Shown here: positions 1-8,353 of the stretch, one piece after another
Layout: each line of letters begins with the position of its first letter
How positions within the stretch are numbered: the first letter of the stretch is position 1
Virus record (IMG/VR): IMGVR_UViG_2751185961_000011
DNA: 27,042 bases
From: a virus
Taxonomy: Duplodnaviria > Heunggongvirae > Uroviricota > Caudoviricetes
Strand: one strand, 5' to 3'
The notes under the pieces: generated by a model
Told to the model about the DNA's origin: nothing
Seen by the model: only the letters and a program-made list of their open reading frames with translations
Database searches by the model: none
Translations under genes and position numbers: made by a program

Positions 1-339
1 ATGAAGCAACAACGAAATGCACGCATCAATAACAACACCGAACGCCACGTTGCACGCCAGCACTTCCGTAAAAATAGTGCGACCGTAACCACTGAAATCC
101 ACGCAACACCAGACGGTCACCCGGTAAAACAAACCGGCAAACACACCTGGGCGATTGGCGACACTGCCATCGTTATTCACAAAAGTTTTCGCAGTCCTGT
201 TACTGGCAGATTTAATTTCACCCTGACTCGCGGGGATGATTACTTCGGACAGGATTTCACATTTTTTGAAGCCTTAAGAACGGCAGACAGATTAATCAAC
301 GGCCTGTGTTTTCAATATCCGGGAAGTAAGTACCGATAA
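1..339 (+). CDS. Hypothetical early-region protein, possibly 5'-truncated by the window edge
   Basis: Open frame from base 1 to a stop at 339 (112 aa). Same strand and tight spacing with downstream early genes. No recognisable motif. The ATG at position 1 may be internal. Confidence 0.4.
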   Translation: MKQQRNARINNNTERHVARQHFRKNSATVTTEIHATPDGHPVKQTGKHTWAIGDTAIVIHKSFRSPVTGRFNFTLTRGDDYFGQDFTFFEALRTADRLINGLCFQYPGSKYR

Positions 340-354
340 ATAAAGGATTCAGTC

Positions 355-597
355 ATGATCGAAGCCTACAAAATACTTATTAATAACGCGTTGCAGCGTT
401 ACCACTTTGAACTCGCAAACAGGGGCGTAACTAAGGATGAAAGCCTTCGTAACTCACTGCGCGGCGCAATTATGGGACTGTATAACTGCGCGCTGGGCAG
501 CGATGACCGTGAAGCGCTGGAAGAATTAAAGTCGATTATGACAGAACTGTTTGAAGGTGAAATTGTCGAGCCTTACTTCACAGGAGTGGCAGCATGA
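355..597 (+). CDS. Hypothetical small early protein (80 aa)
   Basis: ORF with AAGGA-type RBS about 8 nt upstream of the ATG. Stop overlaps the next small ORF start (ATGA). Confidence 0.5.
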   Translation: MIEAYKILINNALQRYHFELANRGVTKDESLRNSLRGAIMGLYNCALGSDDREALEELKSIMTELFEGEIVEPYFTGVAA

Positions 598-719
598 GCA
601 TATTCCTTTCATGGGTAATTCTGATTATCTCCGTGCTTATGGTAATCGGCATTATGCGAATTATCCACACACTGAAGGATATCGAATTATTCTTTACCGG
701 CGATAAACGCCGTAAATAA
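594..719 (+). CDS. Small hydrophobic peptide (41 aa), putative single-pass membrane peptide
   Basis: Own translation: MSIFLSWVILIISVLMVIGIMRIIHTLKDIELFFTGDKRRK. ATGA overlap with the upstream ORF suggests translational coupling. Below the cutoff of the supplied ORF track, which instead shows an antisense ORF here. Confidence 0.3.
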   Translation: MSIFLSWVILIISVLMVIGIMRIIHTLKDIELFFTGDKRRK

Positions 720-933
720 AGCGAAAACCTTATGAAGAATGTAAAAGCAATACACACCATCGCCACTGTATGGGTGATATTTCAGGTGAGTGCGCTTATC
801 TGGTTAGCCCTGAAGATCTGGGAATAACCTGAAGCCGAAAGCAGGCGCGGAATAACACCAGAAAACACACGAGCAATTAATTAAGGCATTCATGCCTTCG
901 GGTTCCCTTTGTCTTTTTTTCAGGAGTCAACAA

Positions 934-1164
934 ATGAGAACAGCCGAATCACCCGGCAGAGAAATAACCGCCAGACCAGCTAACCATCATGCGCATATCA
1001 GCATGGCCGCAAGAAAAGCCGAGCGTGCACATATCTGCGAATTACTGCGCGAGCTGACTGAGACAGCGAAAGAGACACACACCTGTCCACAGGAAACCTG
1101 CGCAGCCATTGAACGACTGATTGCAATACTCGCCAACCCAGACGAACTGAAGGGGTGCGCATAA
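934..1164 (+). CDS. Hypothetical protein (about 76 aa)
   Basis: In-frame ATG at 934 inside the 892-1164 ORF, preceded by CAGGAG. Cys/His-containing but no recognisable motif. Confidence 0.45.
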   Translation: MRTAESPGREITARPANHHAHISMAARKAERAHICELLRELTETAKETHTCPQETCAAIERLIAILANPDELKGCA

Positions 1165-1745
1165 TGAACCATCTCATGATTGACACCGAAACACTGGGTA
1201 ACGGACCGGGCGCAGCCATATTCGCGATTGGGGCGGTGTTTTTCGACCCGTTCACCGGAAAGCTGGGCAAGCAGTTTGAGAAATTCATCGACCCGGTGGA
1301 TTCAGAACGCAACGGCGGAACCGTCAATGCAGCCACCGCTGTATGGTGGGCCGGACAATCCGTGGAGGCCAGATCCTGCCTGCGCAACGCAGAGGGAACA
1401 GAGCTTGCGGCAGTAACCGAATTTCTGGCGTTCATTTCACGCAATATGCATGACGAAAGCCCGGGCAATTCACTGACCATATGGTGCAAAGGCGCATCCT
1501 TCGATTTCCCGATCCTGAAATCCGCCATAACACGCACAGCCGGAGAAAAAAGCATCCCCTGGTGCTACTGGAACGAGCGCTGTATGCGCCCGCTTATCGC
1601 CATGGCTGAATCAACTGGATGGAAAATGCCAGGCAGATCAGGAAAGGAGGCTATTGCTCACACTGCACTGGGCGATGCCGTTTACCAGGCAAAGGTCGTG
1701 TCAGAAATCTGGCAGCGCTTCACAACACCATTCCTGAACATATGA
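1164..1745 (+). CDS. DnaQ-like (DEDD family) 3'-5' exonuclease
   Basis: N-terminal MIDTETLG matches the Exo I D-x-E motif. C-terminal HTALGDAV matches the Exo III H-x4-D motif. Size about 193 aa, placed upstream of dam as in P2/186-like early operons. Confidence 0.7.
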   Translation: MNHLMIDTETLGNGPGAAIFAIGAVFFDPFTGKLGKQFEKFIDPVDSERNGGTVNAATAVWWAGQSVEARSCLRNAEGTELAAVTEFLAFISRNMHDESPGNSLTIWCKGASFDFPILKSAITRTAGEKSIPWCYWNERCMRPLIAMAESTGWKMPGRSGKEAIAHTALGDAVYQAKVVSEIWQRFTTPFLNI

Positions 1746-1977
1746 GGTGAAGCCATGGTCGCCATCCTGAATGTGTGTTGCTGCCCCCCCTGAACGTGGA
1801 AAGAAAAGCCCGCGCATCGCTGCGTTTATTCCGCGACGGCGTGCGGAATTTTTCACGCATAAAACCCCACGACTACCTGGTAATAAGAATCGGTTTTCGC
1901 TGGCGATTGCTGAGCAAAAACAACGGGGCGTCATGGGATTTATTAACGCACGAAACCTATAACAAAGAGGCCGCGTT

Positions 1978-2958
1978 ATGAGCAAAGAACTGTTATCCGG
2001 CACGCCGCTTAAATGGGTGGGCGGAAAAAGTCGCATCATGAACACACTGAAGGCGCATCTGCCAGAAGCAGACTGCCTGGTTGAGCCGTTTGTGGGTGGC
2101 GCATCGGTATTCATGAACACCAGTTACAAGCGTTACATCCTGGGTGATTCCAATGGTGCGCTGATTAATTTCTACCGGCAAGCCAGGGACAACACCGACA
2201 GCCTGATCGACGAGGCGAAAACCCTGTTCCTGAACCACAACAACAGGGGTGACTATCTCATCATTCGCGAAACCTTTAACGCAGAGAATCATGCCTTCCT
2301 GAACAGCAGAACGGGAATAAGCGACCGCCGTGAACTGCGACTGGCCGCCATGTTTTTGTACCTGAACCGACACAGCTTTAACGGTTTGTTCCGCGTGAAC
2401 GGAAAAGGCGATTTTAACGTGCCTTTCGGCTGCTACCGCAAGCCCTACTTCCCTGAGCGTGAAATCCGCGCATTTGCAGACAAGGCAAACAGCACCCGAA
2501 CGCTGCTTATCCACGCAGATTTTAAGGATACGCTGAACTCTGCCAGTCACCTGTTCGGCATGGGCAACACGCTTTGCGTGTACTGCGATCCCCCTTACCT
2601 GCAATTCAGTGGCCGGGACAATTTTACCGCCTACGGAAAACCATTCGATGAAGACGAGCACGTTCGTCTGAGGGCAGCGCTTGACCGCCTTTCACAGGAA
2701 ACGGGCAGCATGACCAGCATCACCATCTCCAATTCCGACACACCGGAAACACGACGCATTTATCGGGGTTACCGGATGAACTGCATACAGGCACCACGAA
2801 GCGTTGGCGCAAGAACCCGGGAATCAGCACCGGAGGTTATCGCCACCCTGAGACAGTGCGACGCCTGCGGTCACCATGGCGGTGGCTACTGCCCGGACTG
2901 CGGACCTGTAACGGGAGATGCAACTTACAGCGTGATGTTTACCCCTGCCAGTACGTGA
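1978..2958 (+). CDS. dam: DNA adenine methyltransferase, Dam/D12-class N6-adenine MTase, with a C-terminal Cys-rich tail
   Basis: N-terminal WVGGKS and EPFVGGASVF (SAM-binding motif I-like). DPPY catalytic motif at 2587-2598. C-terminal CDACGHHGGGYCPDCG resembles a zinc ribbon. Good RBS (AAAGAGG). Confidence 0.85.
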   Translation: MSKELLSGTPLKWVGGKSRIMNTLKAHLPEADCLVEPFVGGASVFMNTSYKRYILGDSNGALINFYRQARDNTDSLIDEAKTLFLNHNNRGDYLIIRETFNAENHAFLNSRTGISDRRELRLAAMFLYLNRHSFNGLFRVNGKGDFNVPFGCYRKPYFPEREIRAFADKANSTRTLLIHADFKDTLNSASHLFGMGNTLCVYCDPPYLQFSGRDNFTAYGKPFDEDEHVRLRAALDRLSQETGSMTSITISNSDTPETRRIYRGYRMNCIQAPRSVGARTRESAPEVIATLRQCDACGHHGGGYCPDCGPVTGDATYSVMFTPAST

Positions 2959-2993
2959 ATAAACAGATGAATCAGTAACACCGGAGTCAGGAA

Positions 2994-3230
2994 ATGAATA
3001 GCGAAAACAACAAAGAGCTTTTGCGGGAATTGCGTCTCATCGCCCGTGCACATGAGGAAGCAGCAAAAGTTATCGCAGCTGCTGGAAGACCAGAGCTCGT
3101 TATCGCTTCAGCAATCTCACTGAGGATCACCATGGAAGCAATCCGGGTGATTCAGGATCAGGAAAGTGAAATCGCCACCCTTAAAAAGCAGCTCAACGAG
3201 AAATCTGCCGGGCAAAGGAGTCAGCAATGA
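2994..3230 (+). CDS. Hypothetical protein (78 aa), predicted helical
   Basis: ORF with RBS-like GGAGTCAGGAA upstream. No motif recognised. Confidence 0.5.
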   Translation: MNSENNKELLRELRLIARAHEEAAKVIAAAGRPELVIASAISLRITMEAIRVIQDQESEIATLKKQLNEKSAGQRSQQ

Positions 3231-3445
3231 TCCAGGAATCAACCGTTATCCGGTTCACAGCCAACGGCCGTCAGTACGAGGTAGACGAAAGCCTGATTGA
3301 CCAGGGCATGACACGCCAGGACTCACGCAATTCTGAGATGCATCACATCCGCCTTATCAACGGTTCGCACTTCTGCGCCACGAACATGGAAGAAGTACGC
3401 GTGCTGACAGCAACACGCAATACGGGAGGTAAAGCATGGCAGTGA
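3227..3445 (+). CDS. Hypothetical protein (72 aa)
   Basis: ATGA start/stop overlap with the upstream ORF (translational coupling). No motif recognised. Confidence 0.5.
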   Translation: MIQESTVIRFTANGRQYEVDESLIDQGMTRQDSRNSEMHHIRLINGSHFCATNMEEVRVLTATRNTGGKAWQ

Positions 3446-3786
3446 TTTATATCGCCGGTCCAATGACCGGATACAAAGATCACAACAGAACGGCGTTTTT
3501 CACAGAGGCGATGAGGCTCGCGGCAGACGGGCACGTTGTGCTGAACCCTGCCACGTTGCCGGAAGGATTAAGCCAGCAGCAGTACATGAGCATTTGTATT
3601 CCGATGCTCATGTGTGCCGATGCCATTTACTTACTGGAAGGCTGGGTGGATTCAGCTGGCGCGCGGGCGGAGTACGTAATGGCACTCAAACTGAACATGC
3701 CAGTGTCATTCCCGGAAAACCGGGCAGCCGGCGAAACCGTCGCGCAGCTGCTTCACAAATCAAAAGCCACACAGGCGACTGAGTAA
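3436..3786 (+). CDS. DUF4406-like / nucleoside 2-deoxyribosyltransferase-like small protein
   Basis: N-terminal MAVIYIAGPMTG... pattern is typical of the deoxyribosyltransferase-like fold proteins common in P2-like early regions. 116 aa. Confidence 0.5.
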   Translation: MAVIYIAGPMTGYKDHNRTAFFTEAMRLAADGHVVLNPATLPEGLSQQQYMSICIPMLMCADAIYLLEGWVDSAGARAEYVMALKLNMPVSFPENRAAGETVAQLLHKSKATQATE

Positions 3787-4224
3787 CCGACCGGAGATCG
3801 AAACATGATTGCGCGAAGAGCTACCAACCGTCTCACAGGCTTTATTCCAGGCAAGGTTGATCATGCACTCCATCACGGGGCTGTCACTTTCCTCAACAAA
3901 GGAGAGGCGCGCAATCATGCATTCCGGGGTGAGCACGTGGCGCTGGCTAATCAGTCTTTGATAGCTAAGCGCCTGCCATTCAGCCTTTTCAGCTCTGATA
4001 GAAAGAGAGGAAGCCATGACCTGCCACACCAGAAAGAGCACCACACTGGCGAAAACAAACGTTGCGCTGTCGCAAAAAATGAATGCGGCAACAATCGCAA
4101 GGAAAGCGCTAATCCTCAGAACCAAGGAAGCGCGACGGTGGAGAAGGCTTGTCATGTGTTCAAGCCAGTAGCTGTACCACAGGTCAAAAAGAATTTCGTA
4201 ATCAGAAGGGAGCTTATCACTCAT
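3760..4224 (-). CDS. Putative small membrane protein encoded antisense to the early operon (start uncertain; alternative in-frame start at 4284)
   Basis: Minus-strand ORF with two clear hydrophobic segments (LVLRISAFLAIVAAFIFC and FVFASVVLFLVWQVMASSL). The competing + strand ORF 3805-4911 translates to low-complexity sequence. Confidence 0.4.
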   Translation of the reverse strand: MSDKLPSDYEILFDLWYSYWLEHMTSLLHRRASLVLRISAFLAIVAAFIFCDSATFVFASVVLFLVWQVMASSLSIRAEKAEWQALSYQRLISQRHVLTPECMIARLSFVEESDSPVMECMINLAWNKACETVGSSSRNHVSISGRLLSRLCGF

Positions 4225-4607
4225 CAGAAACACCCCGCGTATGCAGACAATCACCAGTTGCCAGGTGATATTAATTCGCAACATTCTAACCACATCAGCA
4301 CGCAACACAAAAACCGCTTGCCAGCGCTCGTCGTGTCGGGTTACATTTCCGCTGCACCTCATAAAACGGGTGCCGGGTTTCGCAGCCTGCTGACAACCAA
4401 AGCGCACAACCGCGCCAGCGGTTTTTTTGTGCGTACTGTATTGCCACGTCTTTTTCGCGTCAGAATTATGGCGGGGCGTACGGGGCCGACTTCGGTCGGG
4501 CCGGGTTCTTTGGTTGCCGGTACTGCGAACCTCGTACGCCTCGCCACCCACAGTTTCGCAGCTCTGGATGGTGAGTTTTCAAAACTTACAACCAAAGAGG
4601 CCACACC

Positions 4608-4829
4608 ATGGCAAACCGCAAGCAACAGCGCGCCCGCGCTGAGCGTCTTCACATCCGCAGCGAAATCAACCGCAGACTCCATCGGGCTGCATCTGTCGCC
4701 TTTATCATGCAGTCAAACGTATTACACCGACTTAACGACGGTATCGCTGCCGGGTATTACGCGGCAGTCTTCAGCTATCTCGCCGAAGATCTGGCAGAAC
4801 TACAAAGCCTCATCAACCAGCACCGATAA
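4608..4829 (+). CDS. Hypothetical basic protein (73 aa)
   Basis: Strong RBS (AAAGAGG) 7 nt upstream of the ATG. Arg-rich N-terminus. Confidence 0.45.
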   Translation: MANRKQQRARAERLHIRSEINRRLHRAASVAFIMQSNVLHRLNDGIAAGYYAAVFSYLAEDLAELQSLINQHR

Positions 4830-4897
4830 ACCACATCCTGAAGCCATCCCGCACCCGTGCGCGGGAGGCTTCCGCACGTCTGTTACCGGAGGTTCTC

Positions 4898-5089
4898 ATG
4901 AAGAGCGTTAAGGGACTTTCAGATATTCAGGACTTTTTTAACTGGATGTGGGCGGTGGATCCCCTGCTGGCTTCCCGCCTGAACAACTGGCACGACTACT
5001 ACCGCCGCGCTGTAAACAGGCCGCCCGCAGCATCACCACATACGGGGATTTCTCCTTCACCGTTGACGGTCGTTACCGCGTGGACGTGA
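4898..5089 (+). CDS. Hypothetical protein (63 aa); may be the 5' part of a frameshifted gene continuing in 4948-5313
   Basis: GGAGG RBS 5 nt upstream of the ATG. Overlaps the next ORF in a different frame. Confidence 0.35.
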   Translation: MKSVKGLSDIQDFFNWMWAVDPLLASRLNNWHDYYRRAVNRPPAASPHTGISPSPLTVVTAWT

Positions 5090-5313
5090 AAGGTGACGGT
5101 GATGGCTTTGGTTTATTTCACATCAACGGCACCGACAGTACCGCCATCAGCTGGTCATCGTCAGAGATGGCACTGGTTCTGGAAATGACAACCCACAGCG
5201 TGGCCGTGAAAGGCATATACACCGCAGAAGACTTTATCGGTGAATACCAGCGCCTTCTCGTGCTGTACCGCGCGGCGTTTCAGGAGGTCACTGGCGGGGA
5301 GTACGACGCATGA
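4948..5313 (+). CDS. Hypothetical protein immediately upstream of and coupled to gene A (start uncertain; GTG at 4948)
   Basis: ORF ends with an ATGA overlap onto the gpA start at 5310. No canonical ATG near its 5' end. Confidence 0.4.
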   Translation: MGGGSPAGFPPEQLARLLPPRCKQAARSITTYGDFSFTVDGRYRVDVKGDGDGFGLFHINGTDSTAISWSSSEMALVLEMTTHSVAVKGIYTAEDFIGEYQRLLVLYRAAFQEVTGGEYDA

Positions 5314-8093
5314 GTGACCGCAATGCACAGCTGGCGTACCCGTGGAACGCACCGCTACCGGTTATCGATCCTGAAACGTTCGGCAGAGCACAACCAACCG
5401 CATTACGCCAGGCCATTCAGAGCTACATCAACGAGGACATTCGCATTGATGCCAGACTGGATGAAGAAACCGTCTCCTTCCTGACAAACACAGACGAAGG
5501 CAAGCGAATTAATTCGCACCTTCACCACGACGAAGAGCGTCGGATCAGACTGGAAAAACTGGCGCGGCACAAACGCGAAAATCCGCCAACGCTGGTATCG
5601 GAAGCCATGGCAGAACTTCGCGCCCTGCCCTCGTTTCTTGGTAACGCGCTCATTCGTGATCTGGCGCGTTTAAACCGCAAACAACAAAGCGCCCGCAATG
5701 AAGGCGTGAAAAACAACAACACTCACGTGGCCGATAACTTCGTTCGCCGTGGACTGCGCACACGCCTGAAACGCATCGAACAGGTGAATGAATGCTTCGC
5801 CACGACAGCATTCAAAGCCACCGCAGCACGCCATCGCCTTGATGAATTACTCATGCTGCCACAACTCAACCGTAATCAAATTCAGCGCCTTGCCACACTA
5901 ACGGCGGCGGCATTTTCCACCGAACTGGAACGCATATGTGATGAAGTTACTGAGCGGACAGGAAAAGGCGACGATAACCTGTTTACCTGGTTGCTGACTT
6001 ACCAGCAGCTGGCGCGCATGGCAATAAAACTGGGCGTGAACCCACCATACTGGCCGTCACTCGAGATCAGACGTGACCGCCGCACGGCACCAGACCCTGA
6101 ACTGGTACCGGGCGCGGTAATGCGTATCACCTGCGCCACCTGGTGGAACAACCAGCTGCGCCACCTCGCTGATCTCTGGCGGGAGGAATTACTGCGTGCC
6201 GCCGGAAGAGTATCGCGCAAGGCATCCCCCTACATCAGCCATGAGTCACTCCAGGAATTCCGGGAGAAACGCCAGCGCACCCGTGATTTTCTCAAAAGCT
6301 GGGACATTGAAAACGAAGACGGTGAACGCCTGAGTCTGGAGGACGTGTACTGGTCAGGGCTGGGGAATCCGCGCAACCGCCGCAACGAGATGATGGCCTG
6401 CGTCAGAGGGATGGAACAGGTCGCCGAATCGCGTGGTGACTCCGCGTTCTTCGTGACAGTAACCTGCCCTTCCCGCTTTCACAGCGTGAACGAGGACGGC
6501 AGCCTGAACCCGAAATACAACGGTGCCACCGTGCGCGATGCCAGTGATTATCTGGTTTACGACGTCTTTGCAGCTGCAAGAAAAAAACTCAACAAAGAAG
6601 GCCTGAGCTGGTACGGGGTGCGCACCGTTGAGCCACACCATGACGGCACACCGCACTGGCACATGCTGGTATTCACCGCCCCGGACAATGAAGAACGCAT
6701 CATTGAAATCATGCGTGACGCAGCAATCAAATCAGATCGCGCAGAACTGGGGGATGATATTTCTCCGCGCTTCAAATGCGAAAAAATCGACCCGGCAAAA
6801 GGCACACCGGCAAGTTACATTGCAACCTATATCGGCAAGAACCTGGACGCCAGCGCCTTCCATAACAATGACCCGAAAACCGGCAAACCTTACGCTGATG
6901 AGGAATCCGGAAAAACCATGGCGGAAACTGTGGAAAATGCCATTGCCTGGGCGAGCCTCCACCGCATCCGCCAGTTCCAGTTTTTCGGTATCCCGCCCCG
7001 CCAGGTATGGCGTGAACTGCGCCGTCTTGCCGGACAGATGGAGCGAAACCCGGCATCGCCAAAGCGCATCGACAATGACGACATTGATGCCATTCTGGCC
7101 GCCGCAGATGTGGGGTGTTTTGCCACCTACATGACTCGCCAGGGTGGTGTGAATATTCCGCGCAACCTGTATCTGATCCGCACCGCATACGAAACCGCAG
7201 ATGAGGCCAATGATTACGGGGAATTTCCTCAACGTATCTGGGGAATATGCGCCCCGTCGCTCGGCGAGCGCTACACCATCTGTACCCATCCGGACGAATG
7301 GAAACTGGTCAGAAAAGAAGCGAAATCCGACAACAGCACGGACGAGGGTTTTGACGTTGGGGGCGGCTTCGCCGCACCTTGGACTCGTGGCAATAACTGT
7401 CCCCGTGTACAGGAAACAGGCAACAGCGGGACAGAACAGTCGGAAGAGCAACCAACACCGTGGACGCAGATCCCTGACGGCGTTGATGTGGATGAGTGGA
7501 TGCGCTCACTGAAACGGCACGAACGCCGGGCGCTGATGCGTTCGCTGCGTGACAAACAGGCAAAAAACAGCAGTGATGAAATGCAGAACTGGACACAGAG
7601 CCGCAAACAGCCACGGCCTTTGCCTGATAACCACGAGTTACTCGCTAAAGAATGGCGGGAGTCTGCCGAATCTCTCGGCCTGCATATCGGTGAACAGCAG
7701 ATGCAGTACCTGTTACGGGGCGGCACTCTGTACGTTGACGGCAGCATCATTGCACCGCAGGGATTTGAAATTGTACGCAAACCGGATACCCGCCCGGACA
7801 GCCGAATCACGCAGCTCTGGCAGCGCCTGAGCCGTAATCACGGCGTAAGCAGCACGGAGATCCGCCATAACCCGGTCGCCAGCTATCTGGAGCAGCTCGG
7901 GGCATCAGACCCCGAAGCCGCCGCACGCCTGGCATCCACAATTCAGCAGGACCAGAACACCATGAAAACTCCCGTTACCGTGCTTTCTGACATGCTGCGC
8001 GCCATCCGTGACACAGAGCACGCACAAAGAATCAATGAAACCACTGAACGCGCCCGCCGCAAGGCTACTTTGCTCCAAAAGAGAGGCAAATAG
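5310..8093 (+). CDS. A: Rolling-circle replication initiator endonuclease (P2 gpA-like)
   Basis: 927-aa ORF. HUH motif HWHMLVF (His codons 6654-6662). Paired catalytic tyrosines Y-IAT-Y in SYIATYIGKNLD (Tyr codons 6816-6818 and 6828-6830), matching the phiX174 A / P2 A RCR motif 3. Position between the early genes and the hotspot matches P2. Confidence 0.9.
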   Translation: MSDRNAQLAYPWNAPLPVIDPETFGRAQPTALRQAIQSYINEDIRIDARLDEETVSFLTNTDEGKRINSHLHHDEERRIRLEKLARHKRENPPTLVSEAMAELRALPSFLGNALIRDLARLNRKQQSARNEGVKNNNTHVADNFVRRGLRTRLKRIEQVNECFATTAFKATAARHRLDELLMLPQLNRNQIQRLATLTAAAFSTELERICDEVTERTGKGDDNLFTWLLTYQQLARMAIKLGVNPPYWPSLEIRRDRRTAPDPELVPGAVMRITCATWWNNQLRHLADLWREELLRAAGRVSRKASPYISHESLQEFREKRQRTRDFLKSWDIENEDGERLSLEDVYWSGLGNPRNRRNEMMACVRGMEQVAESRGDSAFFVTVTCPSRFHSVNEDGSLNPKYNGATVRDASDYLVYDVFAAARKKLNKEGLSWYGVRTVEPHHDGTPHWHMLVFTAPDNEERIIEIMRDAAIKSDRAELGDDISPRFKCEKIDPAKGTPASYIATYIGKNLDASAFHNNDPKTGKPYADEESGKTMAETVENAIAWASLHRIRQFQFFGIPPRQVWRELRRLAGQMERNPASPKRIDNDDIDAILAAADVGCFATYMTRQGGVNIPRNLYLIRTAYETADEANDYGEFPQRIWGICAPSLGERYTICTHPDEWKLVRKEAKSDNSTDEGFDVGGGFAAPWTRGNNCPRVQETGNSGTEQSEEQPTPWTQIPDGVDVDEWMRSLKRHERRALMRSLRDKQAKNSSDEMQNWTQSRKQPRPLPDNHELLAKEWRESAESLGLHIGEQQMQYLLRGGTLYVDGSIIAPQGFEIVRKPDTRPDSRITQLWQRLSRNHGVSSTEIRHNPVASYLEQLGASDPEAAARLASTIQQDQNTMKTPVTVLSDMLRAIRDTEHAQRINETTERARRKATLLQKRGK

Positions 8094-8190
8094 CACTTTA
8101 GTAATCAAAATGATGATGAGAAAAAACAATTACAAAGTTGGATATGCCTTTTCCATCATGAGGGATGAGATGTGAATCGCTAACCGAATA

Positions 8191-8220
8191 TTGTGTTGAA
8201 TAGAATGCAATTGATATAAT
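8191..8220 (+). promoter_or_regulatory. Candidate sigma70 promoter for the island operon
   Basis: TTGTGT (8191-8196), 18-nt spacer, TATAAT (8215-8220) in the AT-rich region upstream of the island methyltransferase. Found by eye only. Confidence 0.3.
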
Positions 8221-8353
8221 TCCCCTTAATTCATTGAAAACTGGATTTTTTGCATAACTATGCAAATATCTATGGACGGCGACGATGTTTTTTATCGGGA
8301 AAACTCAAGTGCCATGTTAAGATTATGTTTATTTTTTACTGAGAAAATCGTGG

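Noticed and set aside
998-1555. Minus-strand ORF (185 aa) antisense to the exonuclease gene
   Set aside because: Entirely antisense to a + strand gene with clear DEDD exonuclease motifs; typical shadow ORF in GC-rich coding DNA.
1993-2661. Minus-strand ORF (222 aa) antisense to dam
   Set aside because: Shadow ORF opposite a gene with unambiguous Dam motifs.
3805-4911. Long + strand ORF (368 aa) spanning the early intergenic region
   Set aside because: Translation is low-complexity and Arg/His/Ser-rich with no plausible RBS context. It overlaps, antisense, a minus-strand ORF with clear transmembrane segments and also overlaps the well-initiated small gene at 4608-4829.
6732-7451. Minus-strand ORFs (239 aa and others) inside gene A
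   Set aside because: Antisense to the replication initiator carrying HUH and Y-x3-Y motifs; no independent support.
8110-8175. 21-codon ORF (MMMRKNNYKVGYAFSIMRDEM) upstream of the island methyltransferase
   Set aside because: Very short, no RBS, lies in the AT-rich promoter region. Could conceivably be a leader peptide but there is no evidence.
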